From Tricharina praecox (taxonomy: Eukaryota), in NCBI RefSeq assembly GCF_024521635.1, contig NW_026250412.1:434001-498000 (forward strand): a stretch of DNA of 64,000 nt. The letters are read 5' to 3'. The notes under the pieces were generated by a model, which saw nothing but the letters and a program-made list of their open reading frames with translations, was not told the origin of the DNA and made no database searches. Positions 11,348 to 22,898 of the stretch are shown piece by piece (position 1 is the first letter of the stretch; each line of letters begins with the position of its first letter). The position numbers were made by a program, and so were the translations under genes.

Positions 11348-13737
11348 ATGTCTGGTTCACCAACAATACTGGCACCGTACGCGGGCCACACCGATGCGGC
11401 CGGGAGATACCTTCTCGCGCCGTTACAGGGTCTTCCGTTCGATGAGATGGTCAGGAATGGTATGCGCCCCGCCATCCGCGACAGCCTCAATTACAGCGGG
11501 ACTAACCGTGACATGTGCACTCCGCAGGCGAAGGAGCGCGGCATCAGGGCGAGCCAGAATACTACCGTTTAATCCTCCTTCATGCGCTGTTCGCATCGTT
11601 CGCGTTCCTTGTGTTTACGCCCGCCGCTATAATATGCGCTAGGTTTCTCATCCACGGTCCCAGACCGCGACTCGCTATGGGGGGCCACATCGGTTTCCAG
11701 GTTGCGAGCGTCATATGTTTGACGGTTACGTTTATTACCGGCTATTTCGCGGTCGACAAGGGCGACTGGGGGAATAATCCACATCATGTAAGCTTGTCTG
11801 GTATCTGGATTGTCAGTGGAGGGCACGAGTTAACATATTGGTAGATTATTGGCGCTACGATATATGCCATCATGCTTTTCCAGATCTTTTTTGGCGCATT
11901 CGTTCGATGGAGGGACCCACAGAAGATTAGAGAAGCGCCCCCGCTCTACAAGATGGTAGCTACCCCTCATAATGGTATTCAATTCCTGTTTGCTGATTGG
12001 CTTGTCGGGCAGATCCATCAATGGCTCGGACGCGCGGTCTTCATGCTCGGTCTGGCGCAGATTCCCCTCGGACTATATGTCTATGGATCGCCGAAGACCT
12101 TGTTCATCCTATACGCCATATGCACCTTCCTCTTCTTGACCGCCTGGTTCGTACTAGAATACCTCAAGAACCGCAAGTGGTTTGAGCACAGATACGGAAG
12201 TGTCCGCGGCATTCCGACACCCATCCCAGAGATGTCGGAACATCAACCCAGTGAACACCGCCGCACACCAGATGTTGAGAACGGCTACACACCTGTCGGC
12301 ATGGATGAGACGCCATTGCAAACGCCCAAGAGATCCCGCTTTAGCAAGCTGTCGTGGTTCGGTAATCGCCGCAGTTCCGGAAGGCAGACCCACGATACCA
12401 TCGGGATTCCATACCAGTATGACACTGCCACGATGGATAGCAGTCGTGTGCCGAGCGCCCAGAGTCCTGCTATCGGAGGGTTGGCACCTGGGCCAGGTAG
12501 AAAGCAAGAAATCATTCCCCCGGTTCCAGCCCTACCTACACACTACGAACAGCATCACAGTTCCGGCAGTCTTCCAAGCGAGGAGTTCAGGCAGAGATAT
12601 GGAAACCCCTCTGCGTTGAAAGACACGGTTTTGAGAGACAGCACAACACTCGGTCCACCGAGGGGAGGAGGACAGCCGCAGCAGCAACAGGAAATTATCA
12701 ATATGCCGGAACCACGCATTCCCCAGTCTCCTGCCGAGTATGGACAGATAGCACCGATGTTCGGAGCCACGCCACGTTCCTCGGGGCATAGCCACAACAC
12801 CCACCAGTCGTACCAGAACTCGCCTGGAAATTTCGACCAGATGCCCGTCAGCCCTCTTTTGGGAGATGGTTATATAGAGGCAGACAACGGATTCGTTCCC
12901 ACGCCGGCCGACGACTCTCCGAGACGTCCACTCCCGCTTCCCCCACACCGCCGAGAACGATCCAACGACAGTAGTGTTAACCGATTGCCCATCGTCGATT
13001 CCCCAGGAGCTTCCAGCGCCGGTGAAGGCCAGACGATCATGGTCGGCGGAGAAACGAATGCTGGCGGCCAACAGCCCCAAGTTGCGGTCCAGGTCAAACT
13101 CAACCCTGACGGTAAATCCGTTACGGTTCGCCGGCTCCGCCCCGAAGAAGCAGAGGCAGAACGCCGGGAACGCTCGCGAGCCAGGCAAGACCGCGCACTG
13201 CAACGAGAGCTAGAATTGGAACGCGAACGACAGTTCCGGCGATCCCAGAGCAATGAGCGCAGGAGCGGTGACCGTCGACGGTCTCGACAGCCGGAGAACA
13301 TTGAGCGCCAGGAACAGCGGGTGCAGCGGGTGCAGCTCCTCGACGACGGCATCCGCACTCCAGGCAGTGGCAGTTACACGCCCAGCATTGGCGGGCAGAG
13401 TTCAACGATCGCCGGCGCATCCGGCGGACTCCTCGGACGAGTACCGGAGCCGCAAACTCCGTCGAACGAACAGACGCCGCTCAACGCCATGAGTCCGCTT
13501 GTCGGCATGCATCCCGTCACTCGCTCACCAGCGCCTCCTAATGGGCTTTCCCAAAGCCAGCGCGCCAGCGTCACCAGTGGCGGAACCACCGCGGAGAACT
13601 CGGAGATCGAGCAGGAAATTGTGAAGGAGCAGCGACGAAAGAAGCGGCGGGAAGAGAGGGCGGGGACCGCGAGCCAGTTGGGCGGCGGCGATGGAGGGTA
13701 CTATGGTCCGCAGGGGCCTGAGTCGCAGTGGACTTAA
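11348..13737 (+). CDS. Membrane protein with a cytochrome b561-like N-terminal domain and a long low-complexity C-terminal tail (4 exons)
   Basis: Spliced N-terminus has about five hydrophobic helices with His residues (LLHALF, GGHIGF, NPHH|IIG, IHQWLGR). These are followed by more than 500 aa of P/S/Q/R-rich sequence. Introns at ~11460-11527, 11788-11844 and 11956-12012. Confidence 0.8.
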
Positions 13738-14318
13738 CCCATCCGATTCCGGCTCCGAATCCGACTCGAAAAACCGATTATGAAAAATGACATGACATGC
13801 TATGTGAAATGATAGATACCGATACCCTTTCTTTCTTCCTTATATAGTTTGTATTATTTGGCGTGCATTTCGGCGTGGGCTTGGCTGGGCTGGGGCAGAC
13901 GGCAGACGGCGGGGTGGGGTGGGCTGGGGGATACACGGCATGGGATGGGCTGAAATGTGTATTTTTTTTCTTTTCTTTCGTCTTTCGTGGTTCGGGAGTT
14001 TGTTTGCTTCAAAGTTCAATGTTCCTCTGGTTTTGTTTCATTTTTTATGGCTGTGGTTTTTTTTTTTGGGACGGCGGCGGTTTTGTTATCATGCTGAGGA
14101 ACGAGCGGGCGAGTGAGCGAGAGAGGGAGGGGTAGACATGTGTAGTGAACTGTGAGTGGTGCGGGATGTTGTGTATGTAGTTTTATGAACTGGCGCGGGA
14201 GGTTGGTACGATACGATAACGAACGCGGGATGAATGGGGGCGTTGAGAAGCATAGATGATGGATCCGTCGACGGTGAGAGTGAGAGTGAATGGTGAGAGT
14301 GAATGATGGGTGTGAATG

Positions 14319-14607
14319 GTGATTTGAGGTTGCTACGATGGATCACGGGCTACCGGATATGTGGAATGGCTAGGTAGGCTAAGTCTGAATATATCCATTC
14401 AACCAAACCAAACTAAGCCGGTTGACGGTTGACCAGGCATAATCTTTTGACATTCCAAGATCCATCCATCACACCAGTATGAATTGTGACTTGAGGTTGA
14501 AAGATCACGGGCTAAGTCTGAACATATCCATTCAACCAATCCAATCCAAGCCGGTTGACCGGGCATGATGTTCTGATATTCCAAGATCCTATCACATCGC
14601 TATAAGT
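14319..14607. repeat. Imperfect tandem duplication (two copies, starts 167 bp apart)
   Basis: GTGAYTTGAGGTTG..GATCACGGGCTA..AGTCTGAAYATATCCATTCAACCAA..AAGCCGGTTGACC..TTCCAAGATCC occurs starting at 14319 and again at 14486. Confidence 0.85.
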
Positions 14608-16136
14608 ACACACAACCTGCAACAATGAAAACTCAAGATTCAATACGATCTCCTGACAACTATATCCACATATCCACATAGTAGGTATCCCGTAACACGA
14701 TAAGTATCAATAGATGATATTCCCAGAATCATTGAATCGCACACGGTCCCTGACATCAACATGAAGACCCGCTAGTAGTTAGCTAGTGCCGATCATTGAT
14801 ATGTAGCATCCCGGGTATGTTATTAATAAGGAACCCGTATGTAGAGTATCGAGTTCGCGGCCAGCAGTCGGTGACTCGGTGATAGTGACAGCGGGGTGGG
14901 GACGGGTAGTTACATGTATATCTGCCATAATCTATGGTACTAGGTGGTAGGAAGGTCGAATGCAATGATGATTCAACCAAAAAATTCAATAGCATCCCGA
15001 GGAAGCACAAAGAGACATTTTCTTGGGGGGTAGGGCGGGTCATAACCTGAGCCGATAAAGCTCGGGCTATGGACGTTTATCAGACCGCCTTCGTCGATGG
15101 AAACACGGCCACCAGGCCGCACGGGGCCACAAGACCGAGGAAAAAGCCGGCGGCGAGGGAAGACAAGAGGAGGAGGTGAAGCCTTCGTGTAGGCCCATAG
15201 GTACCGGCCTTTACCGTACCAAAGCGGGATGGCAGACGAGGACGTCGGGAGATCTACTATAGAGAATCAAAGGTCGGTGGTGGAGTGTGGGAGTGATGAT
15301 TCATGAGTCCCTCCACGGACTCGACGGTCCACGCCGGCATTTCGTATTCTGCTTTCTCGGATCCGTGGATGTACGGCGACGATGGCAGAGGGTGCGGGAC
15401 TGTCTGTCTGCCGGCCCGTTGGCCGGTGAGGCAGCACTTACCCTCACACCCGAGTACATATCTGCTTACATACCCGCTTACATAATCTAGATACCGGAAG
15501 TTTGAATTTCCGTTTGCTGGATGCTGACTGCCGAGTTCCGAACATGATCGCCCGTGCGGCGAATTTGAAAAAGAAGGAGAGACTTCTTTTCGGGCATTGC
15601 CGAGCTGCAAGCTGCAGATTTGTGGATGTGTGGAGTCGGTTTCTGACTTTTGTGGCTGCTATCGAAATCAGTAGGATTGTAAGGTGGTAAATAACATGTA
15701 TGTGGGACATCGACAGAGAATGATCTGATCTGCTCGTACGGTGCAAGTTAGAGTAGATAGAGTAAATAGAGTACGTGAGGAGGAGGACAGAGGGCCGAGC
15801 TCAAGGGTGAATAGCCAGGGTAAGAGCTACCCAGATGTACCAGTACGATACTACGATGCGCGTAGCCACGGCATCGACCTATTCCCCAAGCTCAATTGCG
15901 AACCAGTATGACCTACCCAAGTACCCAAGGAAGTAGCTACCCGATTCACGACCACGGCCCTATGGTTATTATTACCTAGTCGGTCCCGATGCTGCCCTGT
16001 TTCGGAGTCTTGGACCTGTCAGGCTGTCACAAGTTACAACGCCCAGCTCACGGTTAGTCTGTCACCCACTGTCGCGTCGCGGCGAGAGATCACGAGGCTG
16101 CATTGCGACTGGTCACCAGGCTGACGGTGACAAATC

Positions 16137-16252
16137 GTGATGGATGGACTCTTCGAGTCCCGACTCTATGATTTGAAGGGCAACCGCAACTGTTTTCTCA
16201 GTGCTGCCGGCGCCCCACATCCGCATTGCGGGGGATAGTTGCTACAGTCTGT
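16137..16252 (-). other. Copy 1 of an unidentified dispersed ~120-nt structured non-coding element
   Basis: Shares GAGTCCCGACTC, ATGATTTGAA, GGCAAC, TTTCTCAGTGCTGCCG, CCCCACATCCG and GGGATAGTT, in the same order, with 39431-39560. Strand is inferred from G-U pairs. Confidence 0.75.
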
Positions 16253-17832
16253 CATAGGTACATTGTATACTGGTATTGGCTCCGAAGGTCGGCGTACTGA
16301 GTGCTACAGATACCAACCAGCAGTTTCGGTCTTTTTCACTGAGCCCATATGTACCCATAGATCGGATAGATCGGATAGAATGAATGGGAGGGGTGTCGAC
16401 TTCGACTTCCTATGTGTGGTGATATAAACGAGCTCGCTACCAGGCAGCACTTAGCCTACTCCAGAGCCCTCCGGGCGGCTACCAAAGTGACACCACCTGA
16501 TCTCCACAGTTGTCGGAGGATGCCAGGCGGTGACGAAATGATATCCTCATGAGTAGACCTCAGGTTCCGGCCGGCATCCGCCATGGCTGTGGATCCAAAG
16601 CAGAAGTTCGTCCGTCCGTTGCGCGGATTACTACGGTATTGAGTGGCATAGCATTGCTTCCAATCCAACATAGGTAGGGAGGCATGTTACCATGTAGAGT
16701 ACATGCCGGTATTGACCTTCTCACGCGGGGGAGATGATGCTACCACCCTCTTTGTGGGCTCTGGGAACGCCTGCCCTATTCCATTCCACGGATACTTGTA
16801 TCTCCCCATCCCCCCTCCAGCGACCTATAGGTGGGAAAGTCTTCCTTCCACACAGAGACATACCACTTCTACTACCTACTCCGCTTCCACTGCACTCTAC
16901 ACACACAACCTACCTACGGCAGATACCTACATCACAAACGGAAGCACCCCATACCTACATCCAACTACCTAGAGAACCTAGCTTCACTCTATTCTTCACC
17001 TACGCGCTGTCCTACATACAAACTACACACTCTACTGGTAAACGGCCCTGCACTCCTCTGCCGGGAACAAGATCACGACGGGCTGCTCCAGCGAACGACT
17101 GCTTGTTTACTGCGGCCAAGGTGTCTCGATATTCTCATAGCAATGGATGTTAACTGTATGTATGTCAATAGCAGCTCGATGCATTTTTCGCACGACATAC
17201 GGCACATCGGCCACCACAGTCAGAGCCAGGAAAAACAAGGTGAGCAGAATTATCGATCGAGAGGTTGTGTGCACTGTGCATGTCTGGATATTATTTCCCC
17301 GCCACCACTGTCTACCTACCACCACCTCCACCCCCATCTCCCATTTCTGTACTCCACTCCATTCGCTCGCTCTCGCCTCCTCCTTCCCCGCGCCTTCCGG
17401 CAGTCTTTAGCCTGGCACTGTGTCGGGTTGCACACACATATTCTTCTTGTGTGCTGCTTACTATTCACTCTCTTCAAATAGTGAAGGGGGGGAAGGAGGC
17501 GAAGGTGGAGAAGGAGGCGAAGGGGGAGGAGGAGCAAGAAGAAGATGGACGAGGAGGTGGTGGAGAGGGAGGGATGTGTGTTCTGTGATCACCAAGGAGT
17601 CTTGATGTACTCTCGTACTACCTGTAGTTACTCGAAGCACTCGACTACCTCCCGTCCTGCATCGTTGCCTTGATACCTACCCAACTGCGAATGCTACATT
17701 CTGACTTCAACCACACACTACTACCACCCACTACATCCTACCTCTTCCTCCACCACCACTACTAACCACCAAACCCAATCCACCACACAACATAATCACA
17801 TACTTGCTGATTCATATAATAACGGTCGCGTA

Positions 17833-20800
17833 ATGCTAGAGTCTGCACGACCACACCATCCTCCAAGTTCGAGTTCGAGTCCAACTGCGGCGCCAACTAA
17901 TGGTTCCCCGCGACCCGTCGAGAACGGTCGTCACCGCAAGAGCGTAATAACCCTCGACACCCAGAACCTCACCAAGTCACCCATGTCCCCACGGCCATCC
18001 TCAGCGCACTCCATGACGAGCAGCAGCGGCACCGGCAGCGCACACCCCACACACGAGACCCCCACTTCGCCGAGCAGCGGCGGCGGCAACCATGCCCCCT
18101 CGCGGCGGCCCTCGTGGCTGACCAGTTTCTCGTCGAAATTCTCGTCGACGTCCAGCGTCGAAGTGCAAGCGGCGTCGGGAAGTAGTACGTCCGCGACCAC
18201 TTCGCCCACGGCAACCCCCGAGCCACCGAAGCCCCACAATACCCCGCCAGGGTTCCTGCTCTCGACGCTGCGCCGGCTGTCCTCATCGACCGCTCGCGAA
18301 ACGTTCGGCAGGAGAGCCTCGGTGCCCTCCGTGGGACTGTGCGACCGGGTGATTCTCAACAGGGATCAGCATCGCGAACGTTCTGAAATCCCCGAACTGG
18401 ACGGCGGCAAGCTGCGGAAGGTCTCGTTTTGCGTCGATGTCGAGGTTGCGCCGTGCCACGAGGATGTCGAGGCTCGCAAGGAGGCCCGCAGGAGAAGGAA
18501 GGAGGCAAAGGAGAAGGAGAAGGAGAAGGAGAAGGAGAGGTTGAAACAACTGATGGAAGATGGTTCTCCCGAGATCGCCAATTGCGATGGCGCTGGTACC
18601 GATGGTGCGCCGCTCGTCGCCAGCACCACCACTGGAGATGCGGAGAAGAAAGGGCGCGGGGGTGAGATGACGAATGGATCTGTAGACCCAGCATCAGGGA
18701 ACGGGGCTGCCAATGGCACTAGTAGAGATCGGCCACAAGACTCCACCGCCGCCGAGGATAACCCGTCGGCAAATCCAGACTTGGCGCCGGCGTCTGGGTC
18801 GGCGACAGACAAAGTGCCCAAGGTCCGTCGGCGAATCCACCCAAAGCCCACAACCGATCCGCTCAAGATATATACCCAATGCTGCCAGCTGCGGGAAACA
18901 AAGGTCTTGCCCGAGGTCAAGGAGCAGCTCGTCAAGGAAAACTACCCCACTGTGTTGCGGGTCATGGATCTCACCGGGCATAAATTCCAGGTTGCAGATG
19001 CGGTTACATTTGCCGACTTTTTGGCTCTGGTGCCCATCAAACGGCTGATATTGGACGACTGCGATCTCACGGATGAGATACTTCGGATGGTGCTCTCGGC
19101 GCTCTCGGCAGTCCGGCCAATTGTGGCCACCACCACCTCGGAAGAGAGTGAGGGTGAGGCAAAAGGCAAGCCGAACGGGAAAGATGAGAAGCACCACAGG
19201 GGCGTCGTTGAGCGACTGTCCCTGAAGAAGAACCCAAAGATTGGAAGGGAGGGATGGAGACACATCAGCTGCTTCGTGCATATGTCGCATTCACTGAAAG
19301 CACTCGATCTGTCCAGAATTGTTCTGCCACGGCCCATGCCTGTTCACCATACCACCCTGGGGCGGATAGTTCAATCAAAGGACCTGCCTTCCAATGATGC
19401 TACGGCGATATTCTCGAGGGCGTTGGCGGAACGGCTTTGCGGCCATGGGCTCGAAGAGCTGGTGATGGGACATTGCAGTCTGAGTTCGGACCAGCTGAAA
19501 CTCGTGATGAAGGGCGTCGTTGCCGGCGGGACGAAGCGGTTGGGACTCGAGGGTAATTCGCTCACCGACGATGGCCTGGCTATGGTTGGACAGTGGATGA
19601 AGGGCGCCGGTACTGGTGGGGCTTCCATCTGTGAGGCTCTCGATTTGTCCCACAATGATGTTCAGGTAATTTTGAAATTTGGTCCCATCTATTCCCCGCA
19701 AGAGTTAACATCAGTACAGGACCATATTGACATCCTGTCGGCATCGATCAATGAACTGTCCCCCCTATGTGCATTGAGCTTATCCAACTGCAACCTCACT
19801 CCCGCATCGCTGTCGAGCCTTCTTCCAGCACTCGCGACTCTCCCTCATTTCCGATGGCTCGATCTGTCGCGCAACCCGCGGTTGTTCTCGGAGCAGCCGG
19901 ACAGTCTCACGCTTCTTCGGAGATTCTTGCCGAAGATGAAGGCGCTGCGGAAGATTGATCTGGCGGGTACATCGATGACATCGGATCATGCCATCGCACT
20001 CTGCGAGATCCTGCCGGAAGTCAAGCAGTTGTCATTCTTCAAGATTACCGAGAATCCGTTGATTCAGTCCGGTCACGCTGGGATGGACGAGGGATCTATG
20101 GAGGAGGGCGCAGCTGTGTATACGGCACTGGTGGCCGCCGTCAAGGTCTCGAAGACAATCGTCAGGGTCGACATCGACGAAGCCGGCTCGTCCGCGGGAG
20201 AAGTCATCCACGCACTGTCCAAACGACTGCTCGCGTATTGCCTGCGTAACATCGAGTCTGGAGCTACCGAGGAGGACTGGACGGTTGACACGGCAGCCGT
20301 CTCACGGGATGGCTCGGAGATGAAGCATGCCTCGCCGGACGTCTGCGTCAATGTTGGCGATCTCGAAGAGGAAGACCGCGGTGCCAACTATGAATACGAT
20401 GGGGATGGGGTGTGGCAGGACGAAGAAAACTACGTTGTCGGCGGCACCGGTGTGGTTAAAGCACTCGGAGTGTGTCTCGGCAACAAGCCGCACCATGGTG
20501 CCCGTGCCAATTCTCTCAGTGGCTTCCCGAGTCTGCAGAAAGTGGAAAGTGCCAGTTCGATCGGCTCGTTCGGCGAGGACGAAGCGGGCCAGGAGAAGGC
20601 GAACGAGATGACCAAAGCCCTCCTGACCCGCGCTCGAAACATCAAGGCGCGCATCCAGCCGGCACTGCGGAAGGGCTACACTGGGGATATCGAGGAGTTG
20701 TCCTACAGAAGACTGCTCTTCCTGGACGAGACCCTCTACCGCGTCATCCACCGCTTTGAGGAGGAATATCCCGAATGCCGCCAGCCACTGCCATCCATCG

Positions 20801-21321
20801 CCGAGCCGCCGAGCAAGGCGTCGTCGTCAACGTCGGGCGCCCCTCTCCACAGGATAACTACCCGCATCACACGCGACGACCACGAGTTCGAACACGACGA
20901 CTCGCCGCTCTCTCCCACCACCACACACCACACACACATCCTCAAGCCGTCATCGCGCCGCGGCTCCGAGGTCTCGCTGCACTCGAAATACCTGCAGAAC
21001 GAGGAGGGCCAGATGCACAAGCTCGGGCACTACATGGCGCACGAGATCTTCTCTGACTCGCCGACGCCCAGCAGCAGCAGCCGCCAGTCGGAGGAGCCCG
21101 AAGCCGACGCCGAGGAGATGGCTGCCAGGAAGGCCCACCGCGAGAGCGTGCTGCTGGCTGTAGAGGGTTACTCTGGCGAGGAGCTGAAGCGCCGCATCAT
21201 GGAACAGGAGGGCGGCGTCGATGGGTACATCTCGAAGATTGAGGGCGAGAAGGCCGCGAGGAAGTTGAGTAGAGGCCCTAGTCCTCTGCCGCCGACGGAG
21301 AGGTCCAGGGAGAGGCGGTGA
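17833..21321 (+). CDS. RNI-like leucine-rich-repeat protein, MHP1/GIP3/HER1-like (putative PP1 regulator); in-frame intron 19666-19719
   Basis: 1162-aa ORF with LRR units (LKALDLSRI, LGLEGNSLTDDG, LSLSNCNLT, LDLSRNP), an RVxF-type motif LRKVSF, and the family-like motifs RVILNRD and IYTQCCQLRE. Confidence 0.8.
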   Translation: MLESARPHHPPSSSSSPTAAPTNGSPRPVENGRHRKSVITLDTQNLTKSPMSPRPSSAHSMTSSSGTGSAHPTHETPTSPSSGGGNHAPSRRPSWLTSFSSKFSSTSSVEVQAASGSSTSATTSPTATPEPPKPHNTPPGFLLSTLRRLSSSTARETFGRRASVPSVGLCDRVILNRDQHRERSEIPELDGGKLRKVSFCVDVEVAPCHEDVEARKEARRRRKEAKEKEKEKEKERLKQLMEDGSPEIANCDGAGTDGAPLVASTTTGDAEKKGRGGEMTNGSVDPASGNGAANGTSRDRPQDSTAAEDNPSANPDLAPASGSATDKVPKVRRRIHPKPTTDPLKIYTQCCQLRETKVLPEVKEQLVKENYPTVLRVMDLTGHKFQVADAVTFADFLALVPIKRLILDDCDLTDEILRMVLSALSAVRPIVATTTSEESEGEAKGKPNGKDEKHHRGVVERLSLKKNPKIGREGWRHISCFVHMSHSLKALDLSRIVLPRPMPVHHTTLGRIVQSKDLPSNDATAIFSRALAERLCGHGLEELVMGHCSLSSDQLKLVMKGVVAGGTKRLGLEGNSLTDDGLAMVGQWMKGAGTGGASICEALDLSHNDVQVILKFGPIYSPQELTSVQDHIDILSASINELSPLCALSLSNCNLTPASLSSLLPALATLPHFRWLDLSRNPRLFSEQPDSLTLLRRFLPKMKALRKIDLAGTSMTSDHAIALCEILPEVKQLSFFKITENPLIQSGHAGMDEGSMEEGAAVYTALVAAVKVSKTIVRVDIDEAGSSAGEVIHALSKRLLAYCLRNIESGATEEDWTVDTAAVSRDGSEMKHASPDVCVNVGDLEEEDRGANYEYDGDGVWQDEENYVVGGTGVVKALGVCLGNKPHHGARANSLSGFPSLQKVESASSIGSFGEDEAGQEKANEMTKALLTRARNIKARIQPALRKGYTGDIEELSYRRLLFLDETLYRVIHRFEEEYPECRQPLPSIAEPPSKASSSTSGAPLHRITTRITRDDHEFEHDDSPLSPTTTHHTHILKPSSRRGSEVSLHSKYLQNEEGQMHKLGHYMAHEIFSDSPTPSSSSRQSEEPEADAEEMAARKAHRESVLLAVEGYSGEELKRRIMEQEGGVDGYISKIEGEKAARKLSRGPSPLPPTERSRERR

Positions 21322-22199
21322 GAGGCGCAGTGCTGCTACTGGGGGCACGGGGCGTGGGGCGTATTTGTTGTTTTTACTCTTTGAAATGACATTGTTGCTG
21401 TTGCTGTGGTGTTGATGCTGCTTTTTCTAAGAGTATACCTTATCTTGTCTTCGTTTGTCGGTTGTCGGTTGTTTTTCTTTTCGGTGGGTTGGTTGGTTGG
21501 TTGGCTGGCGTATACGTAGGTTATGGGGTTTGGGAATCGTTTCGTTCCGTTTCGTTTGGTGGCAATGAGTTTCTTATTTTTCTTTTCCTTTTCTTTTTCT
21601 TCGAGTAAAGTAAGAATTTGTTGTTCTTCTTGAATCTTGATAGTCTGTCTGGATGAATGGACTGGGCTAGGCTGGGCTGGGCTAGGCTCGGTCGAGTTGG
21701 TGTTGGTTGATGAATGATATGACCGTGATGATGGTTTGGTTTGGTATGATACCAACGCTACAGGGAGGGATGAGGAGGGGTGGGAATGGAATATACCGCT
21801 GTGTTTTTTCACTTGCCGTTGTGCAGTGGCTGGATGTGATGTTTGTGGTGACCTTCAGTTGTTGGGTCTGTTGCTTGTGTTGCTGGCTATGCTGGCTATG
21901 CTGTTATGCCATGCTGTGGTAGGTATGCTATGCTATGATGCTACTGTATGCTGTGCTATGGACGCTATGGAAGCTATCTAATCCGTATCCCAATATCCTC
22001 CCTCCTCCCATCATTCCCCTCCATCCCATTCCATTTGCCATATACGCCGTGAACACCACCCTCTTTCCCTTACAGCCCCATATATCCCGTCACCATCTCC
22101 ACGCTCCACGCTCCCACGTCCTTCATCCATGGCACGAACAAAGTCAAGCCCACCCCGCACCCCGCACCCCACACCCCACCCCACAAAAACCCAGCTCAC

Positions 22200-22898
22200 T
22201 CACTCATTAACAAACAACCCCCAATCCCTTACTTCCAACGATCCCAGTAGCAAATCCCTCAGCTCAAATGCCCTGGCCATAGTCTCGCCCACCGCCCCCG
22301 GCCCCTCCGCCCTCGCCTCCTCCGCCGAAACGGGCACGTTAACCGTAACGACCAGATCCGTTGCGACGTTGTGCAGGCGCACGACGGTGGCCAGGATAGC
22401 CGTGTACCCTTCTCCCTCCGCGCCCTCGCCCTCGCCAACAGTCCCGCAAATACACCACGCCCTATTCCGTGTGCGCCCTTCACGCAGCTGTGACTGTGCA
22501 CCAGGCATCTGCGCGCCGGGCACATCCACAGCCTGCACCCTCACCACGCGCGACGCCCGCGGGGACACGATATCGTCCCAGTGGATCTTCAGCGCCTCGT
22601 TGTCCCTACCCCCATCGCTGTCCCTACCCCCATCCCCACTTCCATCCCCGCCCCTGCCCCCGCTTCCGTCCGTGTCTGTGTCCCCGCCGACAGCCGGAAT
22701 CGGCAAAGGCGGCTCAAGGATATCGAAGATGATCGACGTGTCTGTGCTAGTGGACTGCGGCACGAAGACTTCTTGCGTACTGGGCACTTCGCGGATGAGT
22801 GAGGCGTCGAGGTATCCTGGTGGCAGGAGGACGTGCAGGGCGCCGCCGAAGAGGGCCGTGGGGACAGGGGTTGTGGGGGTGCTCGTGGCGGTGGGCAT
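22200..22898 (-). CDS. MOG1: Mog1/PsbP-like Ran guanine-nucleotide release factor
   Basis: LFGGAL..LP..YLDASLIREVPSTQEVFV, SIIFDILE, VRLHNVATDLVVTVNVP and C-terminal LEVRDWGLF. Confidence 0.88.
   Translation of the reverse strand: MPTATSTPTTPVPTALFGGALHVLLPPGYLDASLIREVPSTQEVFVPQSTSTDTSIIFDILEPPLPIPAVGGDTDTDGSGGRGGDGSGDGGRDSDGGRDNEALKIHWDDIVSPRASRVVRVQAVDVPGAQMPGAQSQLREGRTRNRAWCICGTVGEGEGAEGEGYTAILATVVRLHNVATDLVVTVNVPVSAEEARAEGPGAVGETMARAFELRDLLLGSLEVRDWGLFVNE

Noticed and set aside
14965-15050. ATGATGA...CTGA box C/D-like pair about 86 nt apart
   Set aside because: No terminal stem and no guide that I can match convincingly to rRNA; a snoscan run would be needed.
16150-16166. TTCGAGTCCC resembling a tRNA T-loop/B box in element copy 1
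   Set aside because: No cloverleaf or A box upstream, and the motif is changed to TCAGAGTCCC in copy 2.
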